Assembly: GCA_040387855.1 (NCBI GenBank)
Contig: JAZKCY010000001.1
Span: forward strand, 632,793 to 696,792
From: Patescibacteria group bacterium
GTDB taxonomy: Bacteria > Patescibacteriota > Minisyncoccia > Phycocordibacterales > JAKAEA01
Reading direction: 5' to 3'
DNA: 64,000 bases
Of this stretch, positions 30,532-40,302 are shown piece after piece. Under the pieces are notes generated by a model. The model was not told the DNA's origin, did not search any database, and saw only the letters and a list, made by a program, of their open reading frames with translations. Made by a program: the position numbers and the translations under genes. Within the stretch, counting starts at the first letter, position 1, and every line of letters starts with the position of its first letter.

Positions 30532-31405
30532 CCCGAAGAGATTTCGGACAGATTTTATATACAAGTGGAGCTTTCATCTTTTCTATTTCTCCATCGAGTG
30601 ATACCCACAACTTAGATCGTTTTGTTTTTATTTCTAGAGTATCCAAAGCTATTGTTGTAAATCCTGCTTTGTTTTTGATATCAGAAAACAGAGATCGAAA
30701 TCCAAGCCACAGCATTTTAAATCTTCCAATATCTTTAGCAATTGAGATATGAAGCTTCCCGGACATAAAATCTTGTCGGCCGGCTAATATATCTGTACTA
30801 CCAAAATCAAAAATATTATTCCCAATAAAAATTAGTGGGGTTTTTATTGATACTTGCTTATCATTCTTTTTTATTTCTAATTCAAGTGATGAGTAGCTTA
30901 CAAAACTTTCATAAATAGCAATAATAAACGCAGTCCACTTTTTCCAGGACAACTTTTGATATCCCACTCTTCGTTTTATGAGCTGTGTATAAAACCCCAC
31001 GCTAGAAAAGTTTACAAACTCTTTGCCATTAACTTCTGCAACATCAATATTGATAGTTTCACCAGTAATTACGGTAATAAATGCATCATTAATTGCTGTG
31101 CCAATGCCTATATGCTTGGCAAAATGATTAAACGTGCCTGCTGGAATTACAGCCAGTCGAATAGGAGTATAAATAAGATACTGAGTTAAAAGATTTACTG
31201 TTCCATCACCCCCACAAGCTATTACAGTTGTAGGTTTAAACTCCTCAAGCTTCTTTCTAAAATTTGCTCGAGTAAGCACATCCTGAATAAATGCGGTATG
31301 CACGGTAAAACCTTTTTCTTGAAGCATTTCTATTCCAGCTTCTATTTCCTGCTCACGAGCAACAAGGCCAGATTTTGAATTACGTATAAGGAGAATGGGT
31401 TCCAT
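30512..31405 (-). CDS. Diacylglycerol/lipid kinase family protein (YegS/DgkB-like)
   Basis: NSKSG, GGDGT, PAGTFNHFA, LDGE. Confidence 0.92.
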   Translation of the reverse strand: MEPILLIRNSKSGLVAREQEIEAGIEMLQEKGFTVHTAFIQDVLTRANFRKKLEEFKPTTVIACGGDGTVNLLTQYLIYTPIRLAVIPAGTFNHFAKHIGIGTAINDAFITVITGETINIDVAEVNGKEFVNFSSVGFYTQLIKRRVGYQKLSWKKWTAFIIAIYESFVSYSSLELEIKKNDKQVSIKTPLIFIGNNIFDFGSTDILAGRQDFMSGKLHISIAKDIGRFKMLWLGFRSLFSDIKNKAGFTTIALDTLEIKTKRSKLWVSLDGEIEKMKAPLVYKICPKSLRVIVPKS

Positions 31406-31408
31406 AGG

Positions 31409-31807
31409 TTAAGTATATGTCTTTTCTATAACCTTACCAATTATCTCTGATTTAAAATAATCTTTGAGTTCGTTGCCACTAATCCATTTATATTTACTTA
31501 ATTCCCAACTCAATTGTAATTCGAAGTCTTTAACTGTTACTAAAAATATATCTAGCTGATGTGGGATAAGCATTACGCTTTCTTTTGCTTTGTGTAAAAA
31601 TGTTACAGAAATAATATTCTCTTGCGTAATAGCAAGTTCTTCATGAAGCTCACGTACCAAAGCATGTTCAGCTGATTCTCCTTTATCAATGCCTCCTCCA
31701 GGTAGATGAAAATTAAACGGCGGCAAAGCACCTTTCACGATAAGAAAAAGCTTTGTTTCAGGATTGTAGATAAAACCACGCGCTACTTTGCGTCTTACTG
31801 AAATCAT
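31409..31807 (-). CDS. NUDIX hydrolase
   Basis: Nudix box PGGGIDKGESAEHALVRELHEEL. Confidence 0.92.
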   Translation of the reverse strand: MISVRRKVARGFIYNPETKLFLIVKGALPPFNFHLPGGGIDKGESAEHALVRELHEELAITQENIISVTFLHKAKESVMLIPHQLDIFLVTVKDFELQLSWELSKYKWISGNELKDYFKSEIIGKVIEKTYT

Positions 31808-31965
31808 AGAGTGAGTGTAAGGCTGTTTAGGTAATAAAACAACTTAAAGTATGTTTAACGCTTAAGACTATTGACACAACTCATAAAATATATCAATATA
31901 CTCTCTGGAAAGATCTGACATCGGAGCGTTTTCGATGATCAGAAAGATACGTAAGGGACGATACC

Positions 31966-32739
31966 ATGACCAAAGCCACGGCTTCAGCGTCGATTCCCAC
32001 CACCACCACTCTCAACCTCCGTGACTTCGAGGTCCCCCACCCGACCAGCCGCGACAACTTCGTCGTCAGCGTCGGCATCGGGACCAAGAGCCTCGACGAC
32101 AACGGCTTCGTGACCGACAACATGCCGTTCATCGAGCAGGTCCAGCGGCGGGCACGTCGCCACACCTCCGAGGGAGTGGCGCACGCTATCGGAGACATGA
32201 CCATCAGCTACCTCGACCGCCGCATCCGTCAGGTCGTGATCGAGGTCAAGAACACTGCCAGCCGCTTCACCCTGAAGCAGCCGAAAGTGCTCGAGCTCGA
32301 CCCACAGCCCAGCCTGCCGCAAGGGTTCGACACGTTCCGGATCGATGGCCTCTCTGTGGAGGCAGAGCTGAGCGACAACCACGTGTGCGGTGGGTACGAC
32401 GGCCAGTTCCGCTGCGACCTGAGGTATACTGCCGCCGACGGGAAGAACCGCTCCACCGCGATCACCGACGTGATCCGACGCGCCTTCCAGAGCAAGACCT
32501 ACACGGCGAGCTGCGAGCAGCTCACCCAGGGCATCGTCTACCAGGCATGCCAGGTCTTGGGCAGCCAGGGGCTCCACGTCATCGGTCGGGTCTACAACCT
32601 GACCGGCTACGCCGAGACCCACTGGAACTCCAGGCTCGTGGTACCGGAGATGCCGCGAGAGTCAACCTGTGGCGAGGTGCGCGAGTCCAAGCCGTCCAGG
32701 TCCTCGAGCTCCAGCGAACGCAGCATGAGCTGGTGCTGA
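31966..32739 (+). CDS. GC-rich orphan protein, probable tandem T-fold (QueD/FolB/QueF-like)
   Basis: Strong GC3 codon bias; LDDNGFVTD and TSEGVAHAI resemble PTPS/QueD motifs; second repeat with ASCEQLT. Confidence 0.7.
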   Translation: MTKATASASIPTTTTLNLRDFEVPHPTSRDNFVVSVGIGTKSLDDNGFVTDNMPFIEQVQRRARRHTSEGVAHAIGDMTISYLDRRIRQVVIEVKNTASRFTLKQPKVLELDPQPSLPQGFDTFRIDGLSVEAELSDNHVCGGYDGQFRCDLRYTAADGKNRSTAITDVIRRAFQSKTYTASCEQLTQGIVYQACQVLGSQGLHVIGRVYNLTGYAETHWNSRLVVPEMPRESTCGEVRESKPSRSSSSSERSMSWC

Positions 32740-32776
32740 TCAGGCTCTAACGTGGACTCTTCGTTCTTCAACCCAG

Positions 32777-32807
32777 TGCGTAAGCTCCCATAGCTTATGC
32801 ATTTTTT
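32777..32807 (+). terminator. Intrinsic terminator
   Basis: TGCGTAAGCT-cccat-AGCTTATGCA-TTTTTT. Confidence 0.8.
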
Positions 32808-32809
32808 AT

Positions 32810-33145
32810 TTAAAATAATTTACCACCTACTAACGCAGTATTTTTATCTGGCACACTTAATGTGACCTTCCCATTTACATCAGGAGTTCCTAGAGTAAGC
32901 ACTTCAGATTCAAATGGACCAATCTTACGTGGTGGAAAATTAACTACTCCCAACACAAGTTTCCCTATTAGCTCTTCTTTTGAATAAGTACTTACAATCT
33001 GGACAGAAGAATTTTTGATTCCTATCTCAGAGCCAAAATCTATTTTTAATTTATATGCAGGCTTCTTTGCTTCTGGGAAATCATTAACTTCTAAGATCTT
33101 TCCCACACGAATATCTAGTTTCAAAAAATCATCAATTGTTGCCAT
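32810..33145 (-). CDS. csaA: tRNA-binding OB-fold protein / chaperone CsaA
   Basis: FLKLDIRVGKI, KPAYKLKIDFG, VVNFPPRKIG, SEVLTLG. Confidence 0.92.
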   Translation of the reverse strand: MATIDDFLKLDIRVGKILEVNDFPEAKKPAYKLKIDFGSEIGIKNSSVQIVSTYSKEELIGKLVLGVVNFPPRKIGPFESEVLTLGTPDVNGKVTLSVPDKNTALVGGKLF

Positions 33146-33156
33146 AAATAAGTTTG

Positions 33157-33627
33157 CTAGTTGGTATTTTTGATCTCTTGGCGTATTTCTTCCCACATTC
33201 GCCCCATATGATTTTCTCCCTTGCCATCAATTCCATCATCCCAAAATCCATCGCCAGGAGGAGGTGTAACTATATGTTTTACTATTTTCAGATCTCCTGA
33301 ATCAATAAGTGCTTGGCGTACATCCTGATGCTGATCCACTTTAAGTTTCATGATTTTTTTCATGACACCCAGTTTAAATTCAGCTTGTTTAAATTCTGGA
33401 ATTTGAAATTCTTTATATTTTGAAGAAACAGTCCAAGCTTTCACAGGGCTCTGTGCAGCTCTTATTTCATCTTTAATCTTTTGATCGGTATAACGCTCAC
33501 ATTGATATACATGTTCTACTGTGGGATATACGACAGCATCAAGTTCGATAACATGAGCTGTATATGGTGAAAAGTAAATATAAAAAATTTCTAATGGGAG
33601 CATAAAGTTACGGTAGTTTATGATCAA
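33157..33627 (-). CDS. NADAR (YbiA-like) family protein
   Basis: YPTVEHVYQ, DGFW, GENHMGRMW; start uncertain (33627 or 33603). Confidence 0.88.
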   Translation of the reverse strand: MIINYRNFMLPLEIFYIYFSPYTAHVIELDAVVYPTVEHVYQCERYTDQKIKDEIRAAQSPVKAWTVSSKYKEFQIPEFKQAEFKLGVMKKIMKLKVDQHQDVRQALIDSGDLKIVKHIVTPPPGDGFWDDGIDGKGENHMGRMWEEIRQEIKNTN

Positions 33628-34156
33628 GATTATTTTTCAACCATACCAACGTATCATATCCATTCAATACCCGATCTTCTTTTTTTACTCCCATAGTTTG
33701 TAGGAATTCAAATAACTCATCTTGCACTTTATTAGAATCCTCATCAGTAATCTTTTCTACTTCAACAAACGAGCCCAATCCTTCTACCTCATCAAGACAA
33801 ATTTCGTAATCCAAATAATTGGTTTTCTGACGAGTCTTTTTTACCTGCACTTCCGGACGGAATCCTAGGAATGTAATAATATCCTGAAGCTGTGATGCAT
33901 CATTTACTATAATTTCTCGTTCTATAGAACTAAGCTCTTCGCCTTTTTTATAGGTAAAGATAATCTGTCCTTTTGCTTTTCGAATGCGCAGAAAAGAATC
34001 TCCTGGACTAAATTGAATAAATGGTCGATCATAATTTATAAAAATAGTATCCTCTTGAGTAACAGGTTCTGAAAGAGTGCAGCCCAAAGCAATAAGGCCT
34101 TCTTTAAGTCTTTCAAAATCTCCCACCTTTGCCTTTACTTCGATCTCTTTTTTCAT
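33608..34156 (-). CDS. CYTH-domain (class IV adenylate cyclase-like) protein
   Basis: EIEVK, LRIR, KKTR, CLDEVEGLGSFVEVE. Confidence 0.92.
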   Translation of the reverse strand: MKKEIEVKAKVGDFERLKEGLIALGCTLSEPVTQEDTIFINYDRPFIQFSPGDSFLRIRKAKGQIIFTYKKGEELSSIEREIIVNDASQLQDIITFLGFRPEVQVKKTRQKTNYLDYEICLDEVEGLGSFVEVEKITDEDSNKVQDELFEFLQTMGVKKEDRVLNGYDTLVWLKNNLDHKLP

Positions 34157-34186
34157 GGAAGTAGTATAGCAAAATAATTCAGGTAT

Positions 34187-34212
34187 AAAAAAAGCACAGA
34201 ATTACCCGTGCC
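34187..34212 (-). terminator. Intrinsic terminator of GC-rich orphan gene
   Basis: Minus strand GCACGG-gtaatt-CTGTGC-TTTTTTT. Confidence 0.7.
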
Positions 34213-34229
34213 AACAACCAACAAGAACA

Positions 34230-34925
34230 CTACAGCACGATCACCACGATGGGCACCGTCTTCTGCCACCCGATGACCAGCTTCCACCCCTTGCGGAAGC
34301 ACACCTTCGACCACGGCCCGGCCGCTCGGAGCAAGCCGTTGACAGTCGGGAACTCGTGAGCGATCGACTGCATCAGCAGCTCGTGGAGGAAAGGCTCCTC
34401 CTCGACCAGCTGGTGCATCAGATCCATCTTGCGGGATCCCAGGTGACCACGGCTGTCCAACTGCTCGTTGAGGGTGTTGAGCCGGTTGCACACCCCTCGA
34501 TAGACGCGGTAGAGCCGGCGGAGGTTCGGCGACATGACGCCGACTTCCACTTCCATGCCCATCATCTCGCGCTTAGGCCCGATGTTGATGTCGGCACCGT
34601 GCATGCGCTCGGCGACATTCTGGACCTTGTGGATCTGCGAGAGGGTGAGTTTGATGCACGTCTCCAGCGTCGCGATCTGCTCGCTGACGACCAGCGCGGT
34701 GTCGACGGATACCTGCTCGAATGGATAGCCGACGAAGTAGTTGTCGTTGGGGATGATCGTAAGGTCGACCATCCGAAACAACAACAAGGTCCGCTGTTGC
34801 CACGTGAGATTCTCCCGAAGACGCAGCAGAAGCTGATCCATCGCCTGGGTCATCACCCGCTTCCTCGGCATGAACCAGTGGGGCCTCCGTCGAGATCGGG
34901 TCTGTCTTCGCGTTTGAGTCTGCAT
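34230..34925 (-). CDS. GC-rich orphan protein, Arg-rich N-terminus
   Basis: GGAGG Shine-Dalgarno before ATG 34925 (MQTQTRRQ...); GC3 bias; C-terminal FRKGWKLV. Confidence 0.78.
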   Translation of the reverse strand: MQTQTRRQTRSRRRPHWFMPRKRVMTQAMDQLLLRLRENLTWQQRTLLLFRMVDLTIIPNDNYFVGYPFEQVSVDTALVVSEQIATLETCIKLTLSQIHKVQNVAERMHGADINIGPKREMMGMEVEVGVMSPNLRRLYRVYRGVCNRLNTLNEQLDSRGHLGSRKMDLMHQLVEEEPFLHELLMQSIAHEFPTVNGLLRAAGPWSKVCFRKGWKLVIGWQKTVPIVVIVL

Positions 34926-34987
34926 TGCGATTCCTCCGGTTGCAGGGTTAGATTGGAACATGAGCTACGTTAGCTCAGCGGTTGAGT

Positions 34988-35026
34988 ACGATACCATATA
35001 TATCCAACATGTCAACATGGATATAT
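34988..35026 (-). promoter_or_regulatory. Sigma70 promoter overlapped by an inverted repeat
   Basis: TTGACA-N16-TATCGT with TG extension; ATATATCCA-N11-TGGATATAT (34998-35026). Confidence 0.6.
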
Positions 35027-35056
35027 TATTGTGTCAAATTGCGATAAAATACCAAC

Positions 35057-37657
35057 ATGAATCAAGACAAGCAATCCAACACACCGTGGGCACAGGAACC
35101 ACAAGAAGTTTTCACATATTTACAAACATCAAACGAAGGAATTAGTAGTGCAGAAGCAGACAAACGAATAGAAAAGTTTGGAACCAATATTTTTCATAGC
35201 AAGGAAAAAATCAAAGTTGTTTCTATTTTTCTAAAGCAGTTTGCAAGTCCCCTCATCTTCCTGCTCTTGGGAGCTGCTGTACTTACTGCAGTACTTGGAA
35301 AGACTATTGATATGTTTGTGATTATCTTTGCAGTGTTATTCAACGCGATACTTGGATTTTATCGTGAATATCATGCTGAAAATACGCTTGATAAACTCGT
35401 TACCTATATTAAAGATCGAGCACGAGTGATACGTGACGGAAAAGAACTTGAGATTGATTCAGTGCAATTGGTGCCTGGAGATATTGTGAAGCTTTCCTAT
35501 GGAACCCGAGTCCCAGCAGATGCTCGCATTATAAGCACGAGTAATTTTCGCGTGGATGAAGCAGTGCTTACTGGTGAATCTATTCCTGTAGAAAAAGAAA
35601 CAGGAGTTGTATCTATTACTAGTGGCATTGCCGATAGAAAAAACATTGCACATGCCGGAACATTGGTCGTAGAAGGATATGCTACAGCTATTGTGTATGC
35701 AACTGGAAGTGCCACTGAGATTGGAAAAATTGCAAACATTGTTGCAAATACAGAGCGAGCTGAAACACCAATTCAAAAAGGTGTAGCAAAGCTTGGATGG
35801 TTGCTCTTTTTTGTAACGATAATTATCGTTGCTGGAATCTTTTCATTAGGGACCCTCAGAGGAGAGCCAATTCTTGAAATGCTAACCCTCTCTGCTGCGG
35901 TAGCGGTGGGTGCCGTGCCAGAAGCATTGCCAATTGCCCTTACCGTAATTCTTGCTATTGGTGCAGAACGAATTGCATCTCGAAAAGGAATTGTTCGGAA
36001 ACTTGCAGCTGCTGAAACACTAGGATCAACCACTCTTATTATGACTGATAAGACTGGAACACTCACAATGGCAGATATGCAGTTGGTTGGTATTTATACT
36101 CAGAGTCACATTCTAGAAAATACTGAAGCGCTAGAATCAAAACACTTTTCTACTGATCAAAAGAAAATTTTATCTTTAGCATTAGAAAATATTGATGTCA
36201 CTATTGAGAATCATGAAGATGCTCCATCCGAATGGAAATTCCACGGACGACCGTTTGAAATTAATATCGCTAAAGCTAGTATCGAACACAATGTGGGCCT
36301 CGAACAGCTCAAAAAGGATGTCCGTCTTGTAATTCCCTTCAACTCAACCCACAAATTCTCAGTGGCAGAAACAGATACCCAGTATATTGTTATGGGAGCT
36401 CCTGATATCCTCCTCAGACGTTCAAAAATGACTAAGGATGCATATCTCACAACAGAAACCTGGATTGATAAAGTTAGTTCAGAAGGAAAGCGTCTCATAG
36501 GTATAGCTACACTTGATAAAAAGAATTTTTCAAAGAAGATATCTACAGATGACATAGAGAATATTCATTTTATGGGAGTTATGGCTTTGTTTGATCCAAT
36601 TCGTCCTGACGTACCAGCTGCTATTAAAAAAATCCAGAGCTATGGAATCAAAATGGTAATGATTACGGGAGATCTTAAAGGAACAGCACTTGCAATCACT
36701 CGAGATTTGAAATGGAATGTTACTGAAGAGGAAGTGCTAACAGGTAGTCAGCTTCATGAAATGACTGATGAAGAACTACTTACAATAATTCCTTCGATAA
36801 AAATATTTGCTCGTGTAACTCCTGAAGATAAACTACGCATTGGTCAGCTTTATCAACGGCTTGGTGAAGTTGTTGCCATGACAGGTGACGGAGTAAATGA
36901 TGCACCCGCACTTAAAGCCATGGATATTGGTATTTCATTGGGCTCTGGAAGTGATGTGGCAAAGAGTGCTGCAGATATGGTATTGCTCGATGACAACTTT
37001 AAAACAATTAGTCTCTCAGTTGAAGAAGGACGGAAGATTCTTTCAAATATACGAAAAACATTTGTGTATCTCATGTCGAATTCACTGGATGCAATTTTTG
37101 TGATTGGAGGAAGTCTAATTATTGGATTGCCAATGCCACTAACTGCGCTTCAAATTATTTGGGTCAACTTTTTCACGGGAAGTCTTCCAGTACTCGCCTT
37201 TGCCTTTGATGAAGATCTTGATAAAAAACACACAGCAAAAACAACAGGATCAAAATTAATATTTACCAATGAAGTAACATTCATTACCTTCGGTATTGGT
37301 GTTATGAGTTCCCTGTTTTTATTCTTTATCTATTACGGTCTATTAAGATTTGGAGTAGATCTGGCACTCACTAAATCATTATTCTTTGTATGTTTCGCTT
37401 CATATATTCTTGTTGTTGCATACTCATTTAGAAGTCTCTACAATCCATTATTCTCATATCCTGTTTTCTCAAACGCTAAATTAAATATCAGCATTCTTTT
37501 TGCAGCACTATTACTTATCGGAACAGTAACAATCCCTGCGGCACGAGAAATATTTGGACTTGTAGCAATCCCACTAGTGTGGATATGGTTTATTGCAGCA
37601 TGGCTCATCCTCAATGTTCTACTTGTTGAAGGAGCAAAATACTTTATTAGAAAGTAA
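35057..37657 (+). CDS. Cation-transporting P-type ATPase (P2A, Ca2+-like)
   Basis: TGES, PEALP, DKTGT, MITGD, GDGVNDAPAL. Confidence 0.95.
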   Translation: MNQDKQSNTPWAQEPQEVFTYLQTSNEGISSAEADKRIEKFGTNIFHSKEKIKVVSIFLKQFASPLIFLLLGAAVLTAVLGKTIDMFVIIFAVLFNAILGFYREYHAENTLDKLVTYIKDRARVIRDGKELEIDSVQLVPGDIVKLSYGTRVPADARIISTSNFRVDEAVLTGESIPVEKETGVVSITSGIADRKNIAHAGTLVVEGYATAIVYATGSATEIGKIANIVANTERAETPIQKGVAKLGWLLFFVTIIIVAGIFSLGTLRGEPILEMLTLSAAVAVGAVPEALPIALTVILAIGAERIASRKGIVRKLAAAETLGSTTLIMTDKTGTLTMADMQLVGIYTQSHILENTEALESKHFSTDQKKILSLALENIDVTIENHEDAPSEWKFHGRPFEINIAKASIEHNVGLEQLKKDVRLVIPFNSTHKFSVAETDTQYIVMGAPDILLRRSKMTKDAYLTTETWIDKVSSEGKRLIGIATLDKKNFSKKISTDDIENIHFMGVMALFDPIRPDVPAAIKKIQSYGIKMVMITGDLKGTALAITRDLKWNVTEEEVLTGSQLHEMTDEELLTIIPSIKIFARVTPEDKLRIGQLYQRLGEVVAMTGDGVNDAPALKAMDIGISLGSGSDVAKSAADMVLLDDNFKTISLSVEEGRKILSNIRKTFVYLMSNSLDAIFVIGGSLIIGLPMPLTALQIIWVNFFTGSLPVLAFAFDEDLDKKHTAKTTGSKLIFTNEVTFITFGIGVMSSLFLFFIYYGLLRFGVDLALTKSLFFVCFASYILVVAYSFRSLYNPLFSYPVFSNAKLNISILFAALLLIGTVTIPAAREIFGLVAIPLVWIWFIAAWLILNVLLVEGAKYFIRK

Positions 37658-37665
37658 CTTAAAAC

Positions 37666-38772
37666 TTACTGTCTTCGTAGCTTAATAGAAATAAATGAGT
37701 CATCAAACACACCTTGTGATCTCACTGTTCCTGAATGATCAAAATATTGTACCTGCACAGCTATTGATGTTTCCCTGTCTTTAAATGGGTTGGGACCAAT
37801 TAATAACTTTTTTGTATAAGGACCTGTTCCTAAGGTTATTTTCTCATCGCAATTTTTTCCATCTATTGATGCGCTTTGAGATGATCCATTAATACACATA
37901 AGACTCACTTCTCGTTTACTGTATTTTGCTGGTAAGGGTCCAAATGATAGCGTTATTGATCCACCGCTTTTTTCTAGTACATAATTGTTAGCTTTCAAAA
38001 GTTCAGGGTGTGTGGGACTGGCTAGTATTTCGATCTGTTGCTGATCTTGAGCAGGAGCATCAAAGCTTTGTCCACCATAGGTGATTTTATTTTTAACGAT
38101 ATTACCCTGACTATCAAGTGCCTTTACATGCAATATCTCACCTTGATATGAGTTTTCACTTGAGTACATAGAATCTGTTTTAGGAACAATAATAGTATGA
38201 ATTGTGTTTGTTGTCGTTTCTTTTAAAAGTGTTGTTACATTTTCTGGATCGATGAGAAGTCGATTTTTATCAACCCATGAAGGTTTTGTAATACTTATTT
38301 CATATTTTACAGCGCCTTTAATAGGAGAAAACACAACAATGAATGGTTTGCCTGGTTCTAAAACCTGATCGTAATTTGGCATCGCAATTATGAGATTGAT
38401 ACTTGGATCCATGCCTTGGGCCTTTAGAGCCGCATATGCTTTTTCTAGTTCTGCTTGTGCAGAAGTTAATTCCCATGCATTTTGAGCACCTGATGAAGAA
38501 GGAGTACCAGTTGTTTTTACTTCTGTTTTAATAGATGTCGTAGTTTCTTTTTGTGAAGCTGATGTTTTTGTTGAAGTAGGAGTTGTATTTGGTGTTGTAG
38601 TAGCATTTGCCCGATCACGTAATTGAACATGCTCGGTATCAGTAGTAACTATAGGATCAACAACGGGAACATTTGTATTCTGTTTTTTTGATACATAATA
38701 TGCACCCCCACCTACAGCTATTCCGATAATAATAATTATGAGTAGTGGAGCAAATCCTTTTTGGTTTTTCAT
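37666..38772 (-). CDS. Exported protein with prepilin-like N-terminus
   Basis: MKNQKGF + hydrophobic helix (no Glu5), Thr-rich linker. Confidence 0.75.
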   Translation of the reverse strand: MKNQKGFAPLLIIIIIGIAVGGGAYYVSKKQNTNVPVVDPIVTTDTEHVQLRDRANATTTPNTTPTSTKTSASQKETTTSIKTEVKTTGTPSSSGAQNAWELTSAQAELEKAYAALKAQGMDPSINLIIAMPNYDQVLEPGKPFIVVFSPIKGAVKYEISITKPSWVDKNRLLIDPENVTTLLKETTTNTIHTIIVPKTDSMYSSENSYQGEILHVKALDSQGNIVKNKITYGGQSFDAPAQDQQQIEILASPTHPELLKANNYVLEKSGGSITLSFGPLPAKYSKREVSLMCINGSSQSASIDGKNCDEKITLGTGPYTKKLLIGPNPFKDRETSIAVQVQYFDHSGTVRSQGVFDDSFISIKLRRQ

Positions 38773-38835
38773 GATAGGGATATTATCCCACTAAAAAGTA
38801 AACTCAACTATTAAGATATGCACACAATAAAAAAA

Positions 38836-39630
38836 CTAATCGTTTTGATGACCCAACGCATACAGTTTTTCTATCTCTGCAGAGTTTAAAGATCGGCTAT
38901 ATATTCTAAAACTATCAATAAGACCGTTGAAGGTTTGTCCAGAAGCATGCACTGATGAACCAATACGAAGTACTTGTGAGGGTGCAATATTTGATGTCTC
39001 AGCTTGATTGGCGCCCAATCGAGCTCCGTCAACATACAATTTCATCACTCCATTTTCGCGTGTTAATGCAAGGTTGTACCATTTCCCTGCTTCAGGACTA
39101 AAGCTGTATGAATATGCGTATTGAGTATTGATATATACCATAACAACATTTGCATTTTCTTGTCTAAAAAGAAGAGTATTTCCTCCCCATGATCCATTCT
39201 CAAAATAGGTATTCAATGAAGTGACAGAACTAAACTTAACCCAAAAATTATATGCATAATCTCCAGTACCAAAATTATAATTTGGACTATTGGGAACCTC
39301 TACATAATTTGAACCATTGAGACTTAGTGAAGATCCAGAGTTATTTGGAGTATCGCTCGAAAGACTAGCACTATATGCGACACCATTATTATTTAAACCA
39401 GAATTGTCTAAAACGCTAGATCCATCTAAGGCATCAAAATTCCATTCTCCCACAGCGTCCGCTCCTAAAGCTCTATGTAAACTCGTACTAAAAATAAGTC
39501 CTGCAGCAACTCGAGCTCTGTTTCGAGCAATATTTACTGAAGCTAAAACTATAGTAGATAAAAGACTTATTATAGAAATAACTACTAAAAGTTCTATTAG
39601 TGTAAATCCTTGTGTGCTTTTATTCTTCAT
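38836..39630 (-). CDS. Type IV pilin-like protein with LamG domain
   Basis: QGFTLIELLVVISII; FWVK...WYNLALT...LYVDG...FNGLIDSFRIY. Confidence 0.9.
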   Translation of the reverse strand: MKNKSTQGFTLIELLVVISIISLLSTIVLASVNIARNRARVAAGLIFSTSLHRALGADAVGEWNFDALDGSSVLDNSGLNNNGVAYSASLSSDTPNNSGSSLSLNGSNYVEVPNSPNYNFGTGDYAYNFWVKFSSVTSLNTYFENGSWGGNTLLFRQENANVVMVYINTQYAYSYSFSPEAGKWYNLALTRENGVMKLYVDGARLGANQAETSNIAPSQVLRIGSSVHASGQTFNGLIDSFRIYSRSLNSAEIEKLYALGHQND

Positions 39631-39635
39631 ACTAT

Positions 39636-39926
39636 TTATGGCCTATAGTCTGGAACCTTAATACTTTCGACTGAACTGGTGGCAGGATCAATCATTATTG
39701 GAGAATTATTTGAGCGACTCGGAAATACATATACATACAAAACTACGAGTGCAGCTATAAAGAAAGATACAGAAATGCTGAGTAGCATAAAATAGGCATG
39801 TTTTTGATGCTTTACTATTCCTTTCTTTGTAAGCCAGTGCACCATTTGTGGAGTTTGAGGTGCGCCCAATATTGTTCGAGATTGAAACCGTGTTACATCT
39901 TCTGGTTCATCAAATTCTACACTCAT
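39636..39926 (-). CDS. Hypothetical single-TM protein
   Basis: TATACT 6 nt before ATG; one TM helix; directly upstream of pilin. Confidence 0.75.
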   Translation of the reverse strand: MSVEFDEPEDVTRFQSRTILGAPQTPQMVHWLTKKGIVKHQKHAYFMLLSISVSFFIAALVVLYVYVFPSRSNNSPIMIDPATSSVESIKVPDYRP

Positions 39927-39945
39927 AAAATCAGTATACTATATG

Positions 39946-40302
39946 CTATGTGTTTTTTGCTATAAGTGCATCAAGTTTTATGAGATCGAATGGCTTTGGC
40001 AAGTATGCACTTGCTCCATACTTATCAGCGATAGCTTTTCCATCTTTACTAGCTGTTACTACTATTACAGGAATATCTTTTGTTTCATCTGAAGCTTTTA
40101 ATTTTTGTAATACTTGTTCACCGTTTAAGATAGGCATCCATAAATCAAGTAAAACTATATCGGGTTTTTCCTCCTTAATTTTTGCGAATATTTCTAGGCT
40201 GTGAAGTACTGGTATCACTTTATAACCATGTAGGTCTAATACAATAGAAATTGAGTCAAGGATTCCCTCATCATCATCACAGACCATGACACATTTTTTC
40301 AT
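39946..40302 (-). CDS. Single-domain response regulator
   Basis: VCDDD, LLDLWMP, VTAS, KPF. Confidence 0.93.
   Translation of the reverse strand: MKKCVMVCDDDEGILDSISIVLDLHGYKVIPVLHSLEIFAKIKEEKPDIVLLDLWMPILNGEQVLQKLKASDETKDIPVIVVTASKDGKAIADKYGASAYLPKPFDLIKLDALIAKNT

Noticed and set aside
31984-32622. Long antisense/alternative ORFs over the GC-rich gene (also 32385-32750, 32229-32495)
   Set aside because: Shadow ORFs expected from high GC3; promoter, SD and terminator support the plus-strand gene.
34356-34973. 205-aa plus-strand ORF (and 34153-34491 minus)
   Set aside because: Antisense or out-of-frame shadows of 34230-34925, which has GGAGG, promoter and terminator.
31900-34990. GC-rich genes as integron cassettes
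   Set aside because: No attC-like RYYYAAC...GTTRRRY pairing seen, genes are dispersed, have own promoters, and no IntI is present.
25275-39630. Diversity-generating retroelement acting on LamG pilins
   Set aside because: No reverse transcriptase and no near-identical TR/VR pair seen; paralogues are broadly divergent.
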